Positions 31,153 to 41,101 of a stretch of 64,000 nucleotides of DNA are shown here, piece after piece. Every line of letters starts with the position of its first letter. Position 1 is the first letter of the stretch. The stretch covers positions 192,616 to 256,615 of the forward strand of contig NZ_JAMWYX010000004.1 of NCBI RefSeq assembly GCF_024305245.1. Direction: 5' to 3'. Source of the DNA: Erythrobacter sp. GTDB taxonomy: Bacteria > Pseudomonadota > Alphaproteobacteria > Sphingomonadales > Sphingomonadaceae. The position numbers and the translations under genes are program-made. The notes beneath the pieces are model-generated. The model did no database searches, was not told where the DNA came from, and was given only the letters and a program-made list of their open reading frames with translations.

Positions 31153-32690
31153 TGGGCGATATCTGGGAAATCCTGCCGGGCCTTGGCGACAAGCTGGCGG
31201 CGCATGTCGTGTTGTCGGCCAGCGCGATCGGACTTGCGATGCTGATCGCCTTGCCGATGGCGGTGTGGGCGAGCCGTTCGCCCACGGTGTCGCGCATCGC
31301 GCTGGGGCTGGCGAGCCTCGTCCAGACTATCCCCGCGCTCGCGCTGCTGGCGCTGTTCTTTCCGCTGTTGCTGAGCTTGCGCAGCGTGTTCGGCGAGGGA
31401 TTGCCGACCTTGGGCTTCCTCCCCGCGCTGATGGCGCTGACGCTCTATGCGCTGCTGCCGATATTGCGCAACGCGGTGACCGCGCAGGCCAATCTCGACC
31501 CCGGCGTGCTCGAAGCCGCCGACGGCGTGGGCATGACCAAGTGGCAGAAGCTCACGCTTGTGGAAGCGCCGCTGGCCGCGCCCTTCATCATGGCGGGCAT
31601 CCGCACGGCATCGGTGTGGACCATCGGTGCGGCAACGCTGGCCACCACCATCGGTCAGCCGAGCCTCGGCGATCCGATTTTCGCGGGCCTTCAGACCCAG
31701 AACTGGGCGCTGGTGCTGGCGGGATGTCTGGCGAGCGCAGGGCTGGCGCTGGCGGCGGATAACCTGCTGTGGGTGATCGAGGTCGGGTTGGCCAAGCGGT
31801 CGCGCTGGATGACTTTTGGCGGCATGGCGGTGGTGGCGCTGGGCATTGGCGCCGCGCTGTGGGCGCAAGGCGCGGGTAGCGATGAACGCCGCATCGTCAT
31901 CGCTTCCAAGCAGTTTTCCGAACAATATATCCTCGCCAAGCTGATCGGATCACGGCTGGAGGCGGCGGGATATGCAGTCGAATATCGCGACGGGCTGGGC
32001 AGCGCGGTGGTGCATTCCGCGGTCGCATCGTCCAGCATCGATATCTCGGTCGATTACACCGGTACGATCTGGACCAATTACCTGAACCGCGACGACAATC
32101 CCGGACGCGAGGCGATGTACGAGACGATCCGCGAGTGGGAAGCGCGAGAGAACGGCGTCAAGGTGCTGGGCCGTCTTGGGTTCGAAAACGCCTATGCCTT
32201 CGCCATGCGGCAGGACCGCGCGGCGGAGTTGAGCGTTACCTCGCTCACCGATCTGGCCGCGGTCGCCCCGCAATTGACGGTCGGCGGAGACCCTGAGTTT
32301 TTCGAGCGGCCCGAATGGATCGCGGTGCGCGATGCCTATGGCCTGCGGTTCGCAGGCAACCGCAACTTTGCGCCGACCTTCATGTACAATGCGCTGCAAT
32401 CGGGCGAGGCGGACGTGATCAGCGCCTATACCTCCGACGGGCGGATCGCGGCGGACAAGCTCGTGGTGCTCGAAGACCCCGAGGGCGCGCTGCCGAGCTA
32501 TGATGCGATGCTGATGCTCTCCCCCCGGATCGCGGACGACGCGGGCGTGATCGCGGCGCTCGAACCGTTGATCGGCGCGATCAGTGTCGAGGCGATGCGC
32601 GAGGCGAACCTTGCCGTCGACCGCGAGGACGAGGCAAAACTGACCCCGCGGGCGGCGGCAGCTGAACTGGCGGACAAGGTGGGGCTGTAA
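31152..32690 (+). CDS. Fused permease + substrate-binding protein, quaternary-amine ABC family
   Basis: QTIPALAL, ILRN, EAA loop (LEAADGVGM), then ASKQFSEQYIL, DYTGT, GFENAYAF, AYTSDG. Confidence 0.92.
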   Translation: MGDIWEILPGLGDKLAAHVVLSASAIGLAMLIALPMAVWASRSPTVSRIALGLASLVQTIPALALLALFFPLLLSLRSVFGEGLPTLGFLPALMALTLYALLPILRNAVTAQANLDPGVLEAADGVGMTKWQKLTLVEAPLAAPFIMAGIRTASVWTIGAATLATTIGQPSLGDPIFAGLQTQNWALVLAGCLASAGLALAADNLLWVIEVGLAKRSRWMTFGGMAVVALGIGAALWAQGAGSDERRIVIASKQFSEQYILAKLIGSRLEAAGYAVEYRDGLGSAVVHSAVASSSIDISVDYTGTIWTNYLNRDDNPGREAMYETIREWEARENGVKVLGRLGFENAYAFAMRQDRAAELSVTSLTDLAAVAPQLTVGGDPEFFERPEWIAVRDAYGLRFAGNRNFAPTFMYNALQSGEADVISAYTSDGRIAADKLVVLEDPEGALPSYDAMLMLSPRIADDAGVIAALEPLIGAISVEAMREANLAVDREDEAKLTPRAAAAELADKVGL

Positions 32691-32717
32691 TTCCCGCTTT
32701 CGCAGGAGCGCACCGCA

Positions 32718-33149
32718 TCAACTCACCCGCTTCCACACCTGTGTCTGGCAGAACGGGCCGATGCAGCCTTTGACCTCGAGCACGTTCGCGCCCTTGCGGC
32801 GGATCACCGAACGATAGCTCTTGCCGCTTTTGGGATCATAGATCCGCCCGCGCCACAGGTCGCCATCCGCGGTGAAGCCCGACAGGATCGGCAGGCCGAG
32901 CAGGCGGCGCTTGCGCAAGGCAGGATCGGGATTGTTGATGTCGCGCTGGTCAAGGCCGTCGGGCGGCGGGACAAGGAACTTGTCGACCGTGCCGCACACG
33001 GTCTTGTCCGATGCAGCCCTGCCGCACGGCTTGATCGCGACCACCGCGTCCTTTTCGGCCGTCACCCAGCGCCCGGCCACCGGCTCCGCCGCATGGGCGG
33101 GTGCCGCCGCTGCGGCCACGATGATCAGCGCGCCCAGCCACTTCATCAT
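32718..33149 (-). CDS. DUF2147 family secreted protein
   Basis: Signal peptide, GRWVT, DINNPDP, GRIYDPKSGKSY, VKGCIG. Confidence 0.9.
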   Translation of the reverse strand: MMKWLGALIIVAAAAAPAHAAEPVAGRWVTAEKDAVVAIKPCGRAASDKTVCGTVDKFLVPPPDGLDQRDINNPDPALRKRRLLGLPILSGFTADGDLWRGRIYDPKSGKSYRSVIRRKGANVLEVKGCIGPFCQTQVWKRVS

Positions 33150-35419
33150 GCAAACCCCACCCCATACGGCCAGCGCCGCCCGCAAATGCCCAGCACCTTG
33201 AACAGGGTGCCCATCTGGTTGTCCTCCACCAGCCGGTCACGCTGCCGCTTGAGCTTGTCGACCTCGCCCGGATTGCGCAGCTGGAGCGCCTCGGTGCGGG
33301 TGTCGATGCCCATCTGGCGCAGCCATTCGCCCTGATACTGCAGGCCCATCACGTCCGCACCCTGTTCGCGCGCGACGTGGGCGAGCAGTTCGAAATCCAC
33401 ATGGGCGGTGATGTCGGCCTCGCCCGGATGGGCGAAGACATCGACCTTCTTGTGCGCCTTCAACGCCTGCAAGGTGGTACCGGCGCTGAGTTCCATGTGG
33501 CCATAGTCGATGATCAGCGCCCCGCCGCCCTGATTTTTCAGGCGCTGCGCGATTTCGGTCATCACCGCGACCGCCGCCGGGCTGGTTTCGATGGTTGCGC
33601 CCTGCGCTGCCCTGAGCCAGCTGGGCGGGACGATGGAATCCATCCGTTCCTTGCCCGCGCCGAACACGAAGTTCTCGCCATCAAGCCCGACCATCCGTTC
33701 GAACCAGCCATCGGCGGACCGCACCAGCTGGTGGATCGGCAGGGCATCGAAAAATTCGTTGGCAACGATCAGCAGCGGCGCATCATCGGGCAAGGTCGAA
33801 AGATCGTGGTGGTGGTGGCAACCGGGGAATGCCTCGCGCTGCAACTGCCGCAGTGTCGGCGAAGTTTCGACGAAGTGCACCTCCGGCGCGAATTCGTAAC
33901 GGGCCGCGGTCGTCAGCGCGTCTTTCGCCAGCGTGCCGCGTCCCGGGCCGAGTTCGACATAGTGGATGCACTTGCGGCTGCCCATCCGCACCCACAGATC
34001 CGCGAACCACAGCCCGATCAGTTCGCCGAACATCTGGCTGACTTCCGGCGCGGTGATGAAATCGCCCTGATCGCCCAGCGGATCGCGGCTGGCATAGTAA
34101 CGCGCATTGCTCTCGGCCATGAACTGCGCAAGGCTGATCGGGCCGGTCTCGCGGATCAGGCGGCGGAAGCTTTTGCCCAGATCGATCTTGGCGCGGGCGG
34201 CGGCTTCGGCTTCGACTTCGGCTTCGAGGCGCGCCTGTTCTTCGGCTGCGGCCTTGGCTTCCGCTTCGAGACGGGCCTGTTCTTCGGCTTCGATGCGCGC
34301 GCGCTCGGCCGTTTCGGCCTCGGCTTTCGCCTTGGCTTCAGCTGCCAAGCGGGCCTTTTCCTCGGCTTCCGCCTGTGCGCGAGCGGCGGCTTCGGCCTTC
34401 GCTTTGGCCTCGGCTTTGGCCTGCGCTTCCGCCTCTGCTTGTGCCTTGGCCTCTGCTTCGGCTTTCGCCTTGGCCTCCGCTTCGGCCTTGGCCTGCGCTT
34501 CGGCCCGTGCTTTCGCTTCGGCTGCAGCTTTCGCCTTCGCTTCTGCCTCGGCTTTCGCCTTGGCTTCGGCGTCCCGGCGCGCCTGTTCGGCGGCGGCCTT
34601 GGCGGCGGCTTCGGCTTCGGCCTTGGCGCGGGCTTCGGTTTCGCGGCGGGCCTGTTCTTCGGCCAGTGCCTTTTCCTTGGCTTCCTTGCGCGCCTTGGCT
34701 TCGGCTTCGGCCCTGGCCTGCGCTTCGGCGGCGAGCCGTGCGCGTTCGGCGGCTTCGGCTTCGCGGCGGGCACGCGCTTCGGCTGCGGCCTTCTCGCGCG
34801 CTTCGCGTTCGGCGGCGGCGCGGGCTTCGGCTTCGGCCTTGGCGCGCTCGCGTTCTTCGCGCATCAGCCGCGCGCGTTCCTCGGCTTCGGCCTTCAGGCG
34901 TGCGGCAGCTTCGGCCTTGGCTTTCGCCTCGGCTTCGGCCCGTGCCTTGGCTTCGGCTTTGGCCAGCGCGCGGGCTTCGGCTTCGGCACGGGCTTTTTCT
35001 TCCGCTTCGGCGCGGGCGCGGGCTTCGGCCTCGGCTTTGGCCTTCGCCTCGGCTTCGGCCTTCGCGTCCGCTTCCGCCTTTGCTGCTGCCTCTGCTCTTG
35101 CGCGCTCCTGCGCTTCGGCAAGGGCACGGGCTTCGGCGTCAGCTTTTGCCTTGGCTTCGGCAGCGGCGTGCTCGCGCGCGGCGGCTTCGGCTTTCGCCGC
35201 CGCCTGCGCTTCGGCCTGCGCTGCCGCGCCGGATTCCGCCGTCTCCCGCTCCGCAGGCCCGGTTTCAGGGTCGATCAGCCGCAGCCCGCCGCGCCATGCG
35301 CGCGGGGCATCGTCGCCCGATGTCAGGCCGGAGCGACGCCCCCACTCGCCAGCGGTTTCGTCCGCAGCGCGAAGAACACGACAATCAATCCAATCAAGAT
35401 CAGCGGTATGCTTAGCCAT
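33146..35419 (-). CDS. MidA/NDUFAF7-type SAM-dependent methyltransferase with a long N-terminal Ala/Glu/Lys/Arg repeat
   Basis: C-terminal GDFITAPEVSQMFGE, ELGPGRGTL, ANEFFDALP, IDYG, DITAHVDF, MGTLFKV. The frame is continuous with the repeats. True start uncertain (35419 overlaps lgt by 97 nt; a CTG near 35326 is possible). Confidence 0.88.
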   Translation of the reverse strand: MAKHTADLDWIDCRVLRAADETAGEWGRRSGLTSGDDAPRAWRGGLRLIDPETGPAERETAESGAAAQAEAQAAAKAEAAAREHAAAEAKAKADAEARALAEAQERARAEAAAKAEADAKAEAEAKAKAEAEARARAEAEEKARAEAEARALAKAEAKARAEAEAKAKAEAAARLKAEAEERARLMREERERAKAEAEARAAAEREAREKAAAEARARREAEAAERARLAAEAQARAEAEAKARKEAKEKALAEEQARRETEARAKAEAEAAAKAAAEQARRDAEAKAKAEAEAKAKAAAEAKARAEAQAKAEAEAKAKAEAEAKAQAEAEAQAKAEAKAKAEAAARAQAEAEEKARLAAEAKAKAEAETAERARIEAEEQARLEAEAKAAAEEQARLEAEVEAEAAARAKIDLGKSFRRLIRETGPISLAQFMAESNARYYASRDPLGDQGDFITAPEVSQMFGELIGLWFADLWVRMGSRKCIHYVELGPGRGTLAKDALTTAARYEFAPEVHFVETSPTLRQLQREAFPGCHHHHDLSTLPDDAPLLIVANEFFDALPIHQLVRSADGWFERMVGLDGENFVFGAGKERMDSIVPPSWLRAAQGATIETSPAAVAVMTEIAQRLKNQGGGALIIDYGHMELSAGTTLQALKAHKKVDVFAHPGEADITAHVDFELLAHVAREQGADVMGLQYQGEWLRQMGIDTRTEALQLRNPGEVDKLKRQRDRLVEDNQMGTLFKVLGICGRRWPYGVGFA
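34187..35228 (-). repeat. Degenerate coding repeat (AEAKA/AEARA units), about 345 aa
   Basis: Dense (GC)TTCGGC-type units on the + strand, with synonymous variation between copies. Confidence 0.9.
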
Positions 35420-36219
35420 TGCCCCATCGATAGCCCTGTCCGGGCCGCAAAGTCAGCCAATTGTGCATCGGGCTGACGGAAAAATTCATTAACGAAACGC
35501 GCGATTCCCATGCCGAGCGTGAACACGCCGACCAGCAAGCCGGGGCGATAGCGCGCGCGGGTTTTCCAGAACAGCAGCAACATCACGATCAGCAGCGCGA
35601 GACCTTCCAGCCCGGCCTGATAGAGCTGGCTGGGGTGCCGTGCGAGTTCGTCCGCGCCGGGGAACACCATCGCCCATGGCACGTCGGCCGGACGGCCCCA
35701 CAATTCGCCGTTGATGAAATTGGCGAGGCGCCCCAGCAGCATCCCCATCGGCACGCTGACCGCGACGTAATCGGCCACGCGCAGGAAGTTCAGCTTGTCG
35801 CGCCATGCGACGTAAATCATCGCTGCCGCCACGCCGGCCAGCCCGCCGTGGAACGCCATCCCGCCGTCCCACAGCCGCAGCAATTTCCAGCTGATGAAGC
35901 CATCGCCCGAAAAATCGGTGAAGGCGCTGGGAATGCCGGTCTCGCCCCCGGTGTAGAACATCGCGTAGCCCAGCCGCCCGCCGAGAATCACCCCCAGCGT
36001 GCAGTAGAACACCAGATCGTCGGCATGGCGCTGCGCCATCGGCGCGCCGGGTTCCCGCAGCATCCGCGAGGTATGCCACCAGGCGAAGAAAATCCCGAAA
36101 AGATAGGCCAGCGAATAATATCGCAGGGTGAAGAACCCCAGTTCGATGCCCGGACGCAGCCCGAGGTCCGACCAGTAGATCGGATCGGCGGCGCTGCTTG
36201 CGGCAAGTAGTGACAGCAC
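35323..36219 (-). CDS. lgt: Prolipoprotein diacylglyceryl transferase
   Basis: LRYYSLAY, GGRLGY, WDGGMAFHGG, GRLANFINGELWG, RHPSQLY, EFFRQPD. Confidence 0.97.
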   Translation of the reverse strand: MLSLLAASSAADPIYWSDLGLRPGIELGFFTLRYYSLAYLFGIFFAWWHTSRMLREPGAPMAQRHADDLVFYCTLGVILGGRLGYAMFYTGGETGIPSAFTDFSGDGFISWKLLRLWDGGMAFHGGLAGVAAAMIYVAWRDKLNFLRVADYVAVSVPMGMLLGRLANFINGELWGRPADVPWAMVFPGADELARHPSQLYQAGLEGLALLIVMLLLFWKTRARYRPGLLVGVFTLGMGIARFVNEFFRQPDAQLADFAARTGLSMGQWLSIPLILIGLIVVFFALRTKPLASGGVAPA

Positions 36220-36411
36220 GGAGCGAACCCCTTAATGATGATGATATGCCGTATCGGCGGGCCTGATGTGGCCCCGTTGCGCTGGCGCTTCTGGCACAGC
36301 GCGCGGGGCAGGGGAAGGGGCGCAGGCGCGCAGGCAGATAATGGGATCGGAAGACCGGACAGGCGCACGCCGCAGCGGTCTTCCCGTAAATGAGAGAGGA
36401 AAGGACACCGC

Positions 36412-38127
36412 ATGCCCACCCAGCTGGACAATGCGCTTGAAGCGATCATCACCGGCCTGACCGCACCCGGCCAGCCCTTCGCCCTCGCGCCTTATGTGCG
36501 CGACGGGGTGGAAATGCCCGCTTTCGCCGCCGCCCCGCCGAGCCTTGCGCACTATTTCGCGCATTTCTGCAACGAACACCGCGATCTGCCCTTCCTTGTC
36601 GATGGCGAGGTGCGGCTGACCTTCGGCGAGACCTACAGCGCCGCGACCTGCGTTGCGGAAAGTCTGGTGCAGGATCATGGCATCCAGAAGGGTGACCGGA
36701 TTGCCATTGCCGCGCGCAATTCTGCCAACTGGATGATCGCCTATATGGGCATCCTGATGGCTGGCGGCTGCGCCACATTGCTCAACGGCTTTTCGTCCGG
36801 AGAGGAACTGGCTTACGGAATCGATCTGGCCGAATGCAAACTGGTGCTGGCCGATGAAGGCCGCGCCGCCCGACTTAAAGGGCACGCCCACAGCGCGAAG
36901 CTGGTCTTGTTCAGCCACGGCAATGCGCCTTCCGAAGGGCTCGCCGATCTCTGGGCTTTGCCCGAGGGCACCAGTGCGGCAATGGCGATGCTGAGTCAGA
37001 TCGGCCCGGACGATATCGCCACCATCCTCTATACCTCCGGTTCGACCGGCAGGTCCAAGGGCGCATGGTCGGATCACCGCGGGGTCGTGCACGGGGTGAT
37101 GAATTATGTCGCCCAGAGCGCGATGGCCAAGGTGCATATCGAAAGCCAGGAAGGCCCGATGACGGTGCAGCCCTGCGCGCTGGTCGCGGTGCCGCTGTTC
37201 CACGTGACGGGCGAAGTGCCGCTGTTCCTGCAAAGCTTCGCGATCGCGCGCAAGCTGGTGCTGATGCCCAAGTGGGACGCAGGTCTCGCGATCCGGCTGA
37301 TGGCGGAAGAAAAGGTGACCTATTTCGTCGGCGTGCCGCTGATGAGCTATGAAATCGCGAGCCACCCCGACCGTGCCAAGTACGACCTTTCGGCGTGCAA
37401 GAGCTTTGCCGCTGGCGGCGCGCCGCGTCCGGTCGAACACGTCACGCGGATCAAGGAAGCCTTCCCCGGCGGGTTCCCGCTGCTCGGCTATGGCCTTACT
37501 GAAACCAACGCGGTCGGCTGCGGCAATTTCAACGAGAACTACCTCGCCAAGCCAGGCTCGACCGGGCGGGCGAGCAAGCCGATGGTCGAGCTCGCGATTC
37601 TCGACGATCTCGGCAACGCGCTGCCGCAGGGGCAGGTGGGCGAGGTGTGCATTCGCAGCGTCGCCAATTTCCGCGGCTACTGGAAGAACGACGAGGCGAC
37701 CAAGGCCGCCTTCACCGACAACGGGTTCTTCCGCACCGGCGATCTCGGCTATCTCGATGCCGACGAATACCTGTTCATCGTCGATCGCAAGAAGGACATC
37801 ATCATCCGCGGCGGCGAGAATATCTCCTGCATCGAGGTGGAAGATGCGATCTACGCGCATGACGACATCGGCGAATGTTCGGTGTTCGGCCTGCCCGACG
37901 AACGCTTCGGCGAAGTCCCGGCGGCTGTGTACCGCATGAAGGAAGGCCACGCCGCGATCACGCCCGCCGAACTGCGCGCCTTCCTGCTGGAACGCATCGC
38001 CCCGTTCAAGGTGCCGCTGGAACACCAGATCTGGTTCACCGAGGACGCCTTGCCCCGGCTCGGCACCCAGAAGATCGACAAGCGCAGCGTCAAGGCGCGC
38101 TACGGCGATGACAAGGTGGCGGCCTGA
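36412..38127 (+). CDS. Long-chain acyl-CoA synthetase (AMP-binding)
   Basis: YTSGSTGRSKG, GYGLTET, FRTGDLG, RKKDIIIRGGENI, QKIDK. Confidence 0.93.
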   Translation: MPTQLDNALEAIITGLTAPGQPFALAPYVRDGVEMPAFAAAPPSLAHYFAHFCNEHRDLPFLVDGEVRLTFGETYSAATCVAESLVQDHGIQKGDRIAIAARNSANWMIAYMGILMAGGCATLLNGFSSGEELAYGIDLAECKLVLADEGRAARLKGHAHSAKLVLFSHGNAPSEGLADLWALPEGTSAAMAMLSQIGPDDIATILYTSGSTGRSKGAWSDHRGVVHGVMNYVAQSAMAKVHIESQEGPMTVQPCALVAVPLFHVTGEVPLFLQSFAIARKLVLMPKWDAGLAIRLMAEEKVTYFVGVPLMSYEIASHPDRAKYDLSACKSFAAGGAPRPVEHVTRIKEAFPGGFPLLGYGLTETNAVGCGNFNENYLAKPGSTGRASKPMVELAILDDLGNALPQGQVGEVCIRSVANFRGYWKNDEATKAAFTDNGFFRTGDLGYLDADEYLFIVDRKKDIIIRGGENISCIEVEDAIYAHDDIGECSVFGLPDERFGEVPAAVYRMKEGHAAITPAELRAFLLERIAPFKVPLEHQIWFTEDALPRLGTQKIDKRSVKARYGDDKVAA

Positions 38128-38193
38128 TCCGCTGACCTGCCTGCGCCCCAATCTTGCGCCTCGCGCCGGGGGCTTGATGCGGGAGATATTCCC

Positions 38194-40953
38194 GTGAGCC
38201 CCCGGCGTGTGCCCGGCCAGCGGGCGATCATCGACCGGCGCGTGCTGGCCGACGAGATCGCCGCGCTGTTCGCGGCCGGCGGCGAAGGCGCGCGCGCCGA
38301 TATCGTCAAGAGCTTGCGCGGCGCGCTCGACGCGGGCCGGGCCGAGTTGGAACGCAGGCTGGCTGAAACGCCGTCAGCCGGACATGATGTCACCGGCGGC
38401 TATTCCTTCCTCACCGACCAGTTGCTCCGGGTGATCCACGATCACGTGACCACCCATCTCTATCCGGTGCCGAACCGCACGCAGGCCGAACGGCTCGCGG
38501 TACTGGCCGTGGGGGGCTACGGGCGGGCCGAGATGGCGCCGCATTCGGATATCGACATCGCCTTCATCACTCCGATGCGCCGCTCGCCGTGGTGCGAACA
38601 GGTGATCGAGGCAATGCTGTATCTGCTGTGGGATCTGGGCCTGAAGGTCGGCCATTCCAGCCGCACCGTCTCCGATGCGATGCGCATGGCGAAGGAAGAC
38701 CTGACCATCCGCACCGCGCTGCTCGAAGGGCGGCTGGTATGGGGCGATCAGGCGCTTTACGAAGAATTGCGGAGCCGGTTCTGGAACGACGTCGTGAAAG
38801 GCAATGAACGCCAGTTCCTGACCCAGAAGCTGGCCGAGCGCGACGCCCGGCACAAGCGGATGGGCGACAGCCGCTATGTCGTTGAACCCAACATCAAGGA
38901 CGGCAAGGGCGCGCTTCGCGACCTGCAGACGCTCTACTGGATCGGCAAATATGTCCACCGGGTGCAGAACGCCGCCGAACTGGTCGATGTCGGGCTGCTG
39001 ACTCGCAGCGAATACCGCAGCTTCCGCCGGGCCGAAGGGTTCCTGCTGGCGGTGCGCAGTCACATGCACATCCTGACTGACCGCGCCGAGGATCGCCTGA
39101 CCTTCGACCTGCAGCGGCAGGTGGCCGAACGGATGCATTTCGCCGACCGTCCGGGCAAGAGCGCGGTCGAACGGTTCATGCAATACTACTTCCTGCAGGT
39201 GAAGCGGGTCGGCAGCCTGACAGGCGTGTTCCTTGCTCACATGGACGAGGAATTCGCCAAGAAACGCACCCGCAGCGGCTTTTTCGCCGGCTGGACCCAG
39301 CGTCCGCGCGCGTTCAAGGGCTACGTGGTCGATGGCGGACGGCTGCGTGCGCCGGGCGACGACTGGTTCCGCGCCGATCCGGTGCGACTGATCGAAGTGT
39401 TCCAGCTGGCCGAGGCCGAGGGGCTGGAAGTCCACCCCGAAACCATGCGGCAGGCCGACCGCGATTCCAAACTGATCGACGCCAAGATGCGCCGCGACAA
39501 GCGCGCCAATGCGCTGTTTCTCGATCTGCTGGCCGGGCGCAAGGATCCCGAGACCGCCCTGCGCTGGATGAACGAGGCCGGGGTGTTCGGCCGGTTCGTG
39601 CCCGATTTCGGCCGGGTCAACGCGCAGATGCAGTTCGATATGTATCACCACTACACGGTCGACGAACACACGATCCGCGCCATCGGGCTGCTCAGCCAGA
39701 TCGAGCGCGGGCTGCTGACCGCCGACCACCCGCGCGCCACCCGCGAATTTCCCAAGCTCGCCTCGCGCCGGGCGCTGTATGTCGCGGTGCTGCTGCACGA
39801 TATCGCCAAGGGGCGCGGCGGCGATCATTCGGTGCTGGGGGCGGATGTCGCGCATGAATTATGCCCGCGTTTCGGACTCGACGAGAAGGAGACCGATCTG
39901 GTCGCCTGGCTGGTGCTGCAACACCTGTTGATGAGCCGCACCGCGCAGAAACGCGACCTCACCGATCCCAAGACGATCGAGGATTTCGTGGCCGAGGTGC
40001 AAAGCCTCGAACGGCTGCGCAACCTTGCGATCCTGACTGCGGTGGACATCCGCGCGGTCGGGCCGGGGACGTGGAACAGCTGGAAGGGGCAGCTGCTGGG
40101 CGAGCTTTACGATGCCGCGCAGGAACGGCTGCGGCTGGGCCACAAGGGCAAAGGCCGCAAACAGCGGGTCGCGGCAAAGAAGGACGCGGTTGCGCGCCTG
40201 CTGGGCGAACGCGATCATCTGGTCGACAATATCGGCGCGCTGCTGTCCGATGCCTACTGGATTGCCGAGCCCGAAGACATCATCGCCAGCAACCTTGTGC
40301 AATATGATGCGGCGCAGGCGGCGCAGGATCAGCTGTCGATCCATTGCGAACCGGACGAGACCCGGGGCGCGACCCGCGTCAATGTCATCGCCGCCGATCA
40401 CCCGGGCCTGTTCTACCGCATGGCGGGCGGCATCCATCTGGCCGGCGCGAACATCATCGACGCGCGCATCCACACCACCCGGAACGGTTTTGCAGTCGAT
40501 AATTTCCTGGTGCAGGACCAGCATGGTCAGCCGTTCCGCGAGGCGGCGCAGATCGCGCGCATCCAGAAAGGCATCCGCGAGGCGCTGCTGGCGGAGATCG
40601 AACTGGTGCCCCGGCTGGCTGCGCGCCCGCTTGCCCATTCGCGCGCCCGCGCGTTCGATGTCGCGCCGCGGGTGGGGTTCGACAATGACGCCTCGAACCA
40701 TTTTACCGTGATCGAAGTGACCGCGCGCGATCGCCCGGCGCTGCTCAACCGGCTGGCGCACGCGCTCTACAAGGCCAACCTGATCGTGCATTCGGCACAT
40801 ATCACCGCCTATGGCGAAGCGGCGGCGGACACTTTCTATGTCACCGATCTGACCGGAGCGAAGGTCAAGGCGCCCGAGCGGCGCGCCGAAATCGAGGCCG
40901 CCCTGCTCGACGCCGCCAGCGACCGCAGGCAGCAACAGCTTGAAAAGGCATGA
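38194..40953 (+). CDS. glnD: [Protein-PII] uridylyltransferase
   Basis: AVGGYGR...SDID, EPNIKDGKG, YHHYTVDEH, LLHDIAKG, two C-terminal ACT domains. Confidence 0.97.
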   Translation: MSPRRVPGQRAIIDRRVLADEIAALFAAGGEGARADIVKSLRGALDAGRAELERRLAETPSAGHDVTGGYSFLTDQLLRVIHDHVTTHLYPVPNRTQAERLAVLAVGGYGRAEMAPHSDIDIAFITPMRRSPWCEQVIEAMLYLLWDLGLKVGHSSRTVSDAMRMAKEDLTIRTALLEGRLVWGDQALYEELRSRFWNDVVKGNERQFLTQKLAERDARHKRMGDSRYVVEPNIKDGKGALRDLQTLYWIGKYVHRVQNAAELVDVGLLTRSEYRSFRRAEGFLLAVRSHMHILTDRAEDRLTFDLQRQVAERMHFADRPGKSAVERFMQYYFLQVKRVGSLTGVFLAHMDEEFAKKRTRSGFFAGWTQRPRAFKGYVVDGGRLRAPGDDWFRADPVRLIEVFQLAEAEGLEVHPETMRQADRDSKLIDAKMRRDKRANALFLDLLAGRKDPETALRWMNEAGVFGRFVPDFGRVNAQMQFDMYHHYTVDEHTIRAIGLLSQIERGLLTADHPRATREFPKLASRRALYVAVLLHDIAKGRGGDHSVLGADVAHELCPRFGLDEKETDLVAWLVLQHLLMSRTAQKRDLTDPKTIEDFVAEVQSLERLRNLAILTAVDIRAVGPGTWNSWKGQLLGELYDAAQERLRLGHKGKGRKQRVAAKKDAVARLLGERDHLVDNIGALLSDAYWIAEPEDIIASNLVQYDAAQAAQDQLSIHCEPDETRGATRVNVIAADHPGLFYRMAGGIHLAGANIIDARIHTTRNGFAVDNFLVQDQHGQPFREAAQIARIQKGIREALLAEIELVPRLAARPLAHSRARAFDVAPRVGFDNDASNHFTVIEVTARDRPALLNRLAHALYKANLIVHSAHITAYGEAAADTFYVTDLTGAKVKAPERRAEIEAALLDAASDRRQQQLEKA

Positions 40954-41101
40954 TTGCAAACCCCGGTAGATAGAAAGCCCTGAAGGTGTGGCGTGCGTGC
41001 TTCATGCTCGCGCTAATGCCTTTTTCTGCTGTGGAGATAGGTTGCAATCGTGTGACTTATTGCTAGGGCAGCCAGCCTCAACTCAGGGAGAGTTAAAAGA
41101 C

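Noticed and set aside
34187-35228. Calling the Ala/Lys/Glu repeat a tolA gene, or a frameshifted or merged pair of genes
   Set aside because: There is no N-terminal TM anchor, no TolA C-terminal domain and no tolQR/tolB nearby. The frame runs without a stop into the methyltransferase.
40954-41101. Cobalamin riboswitch or Fur/Irr box before TonB receptor 1
   Set aside because: No B12-box-like GGGAA...GCCACTG architecture and no convincing AT-rich palindrome seen.
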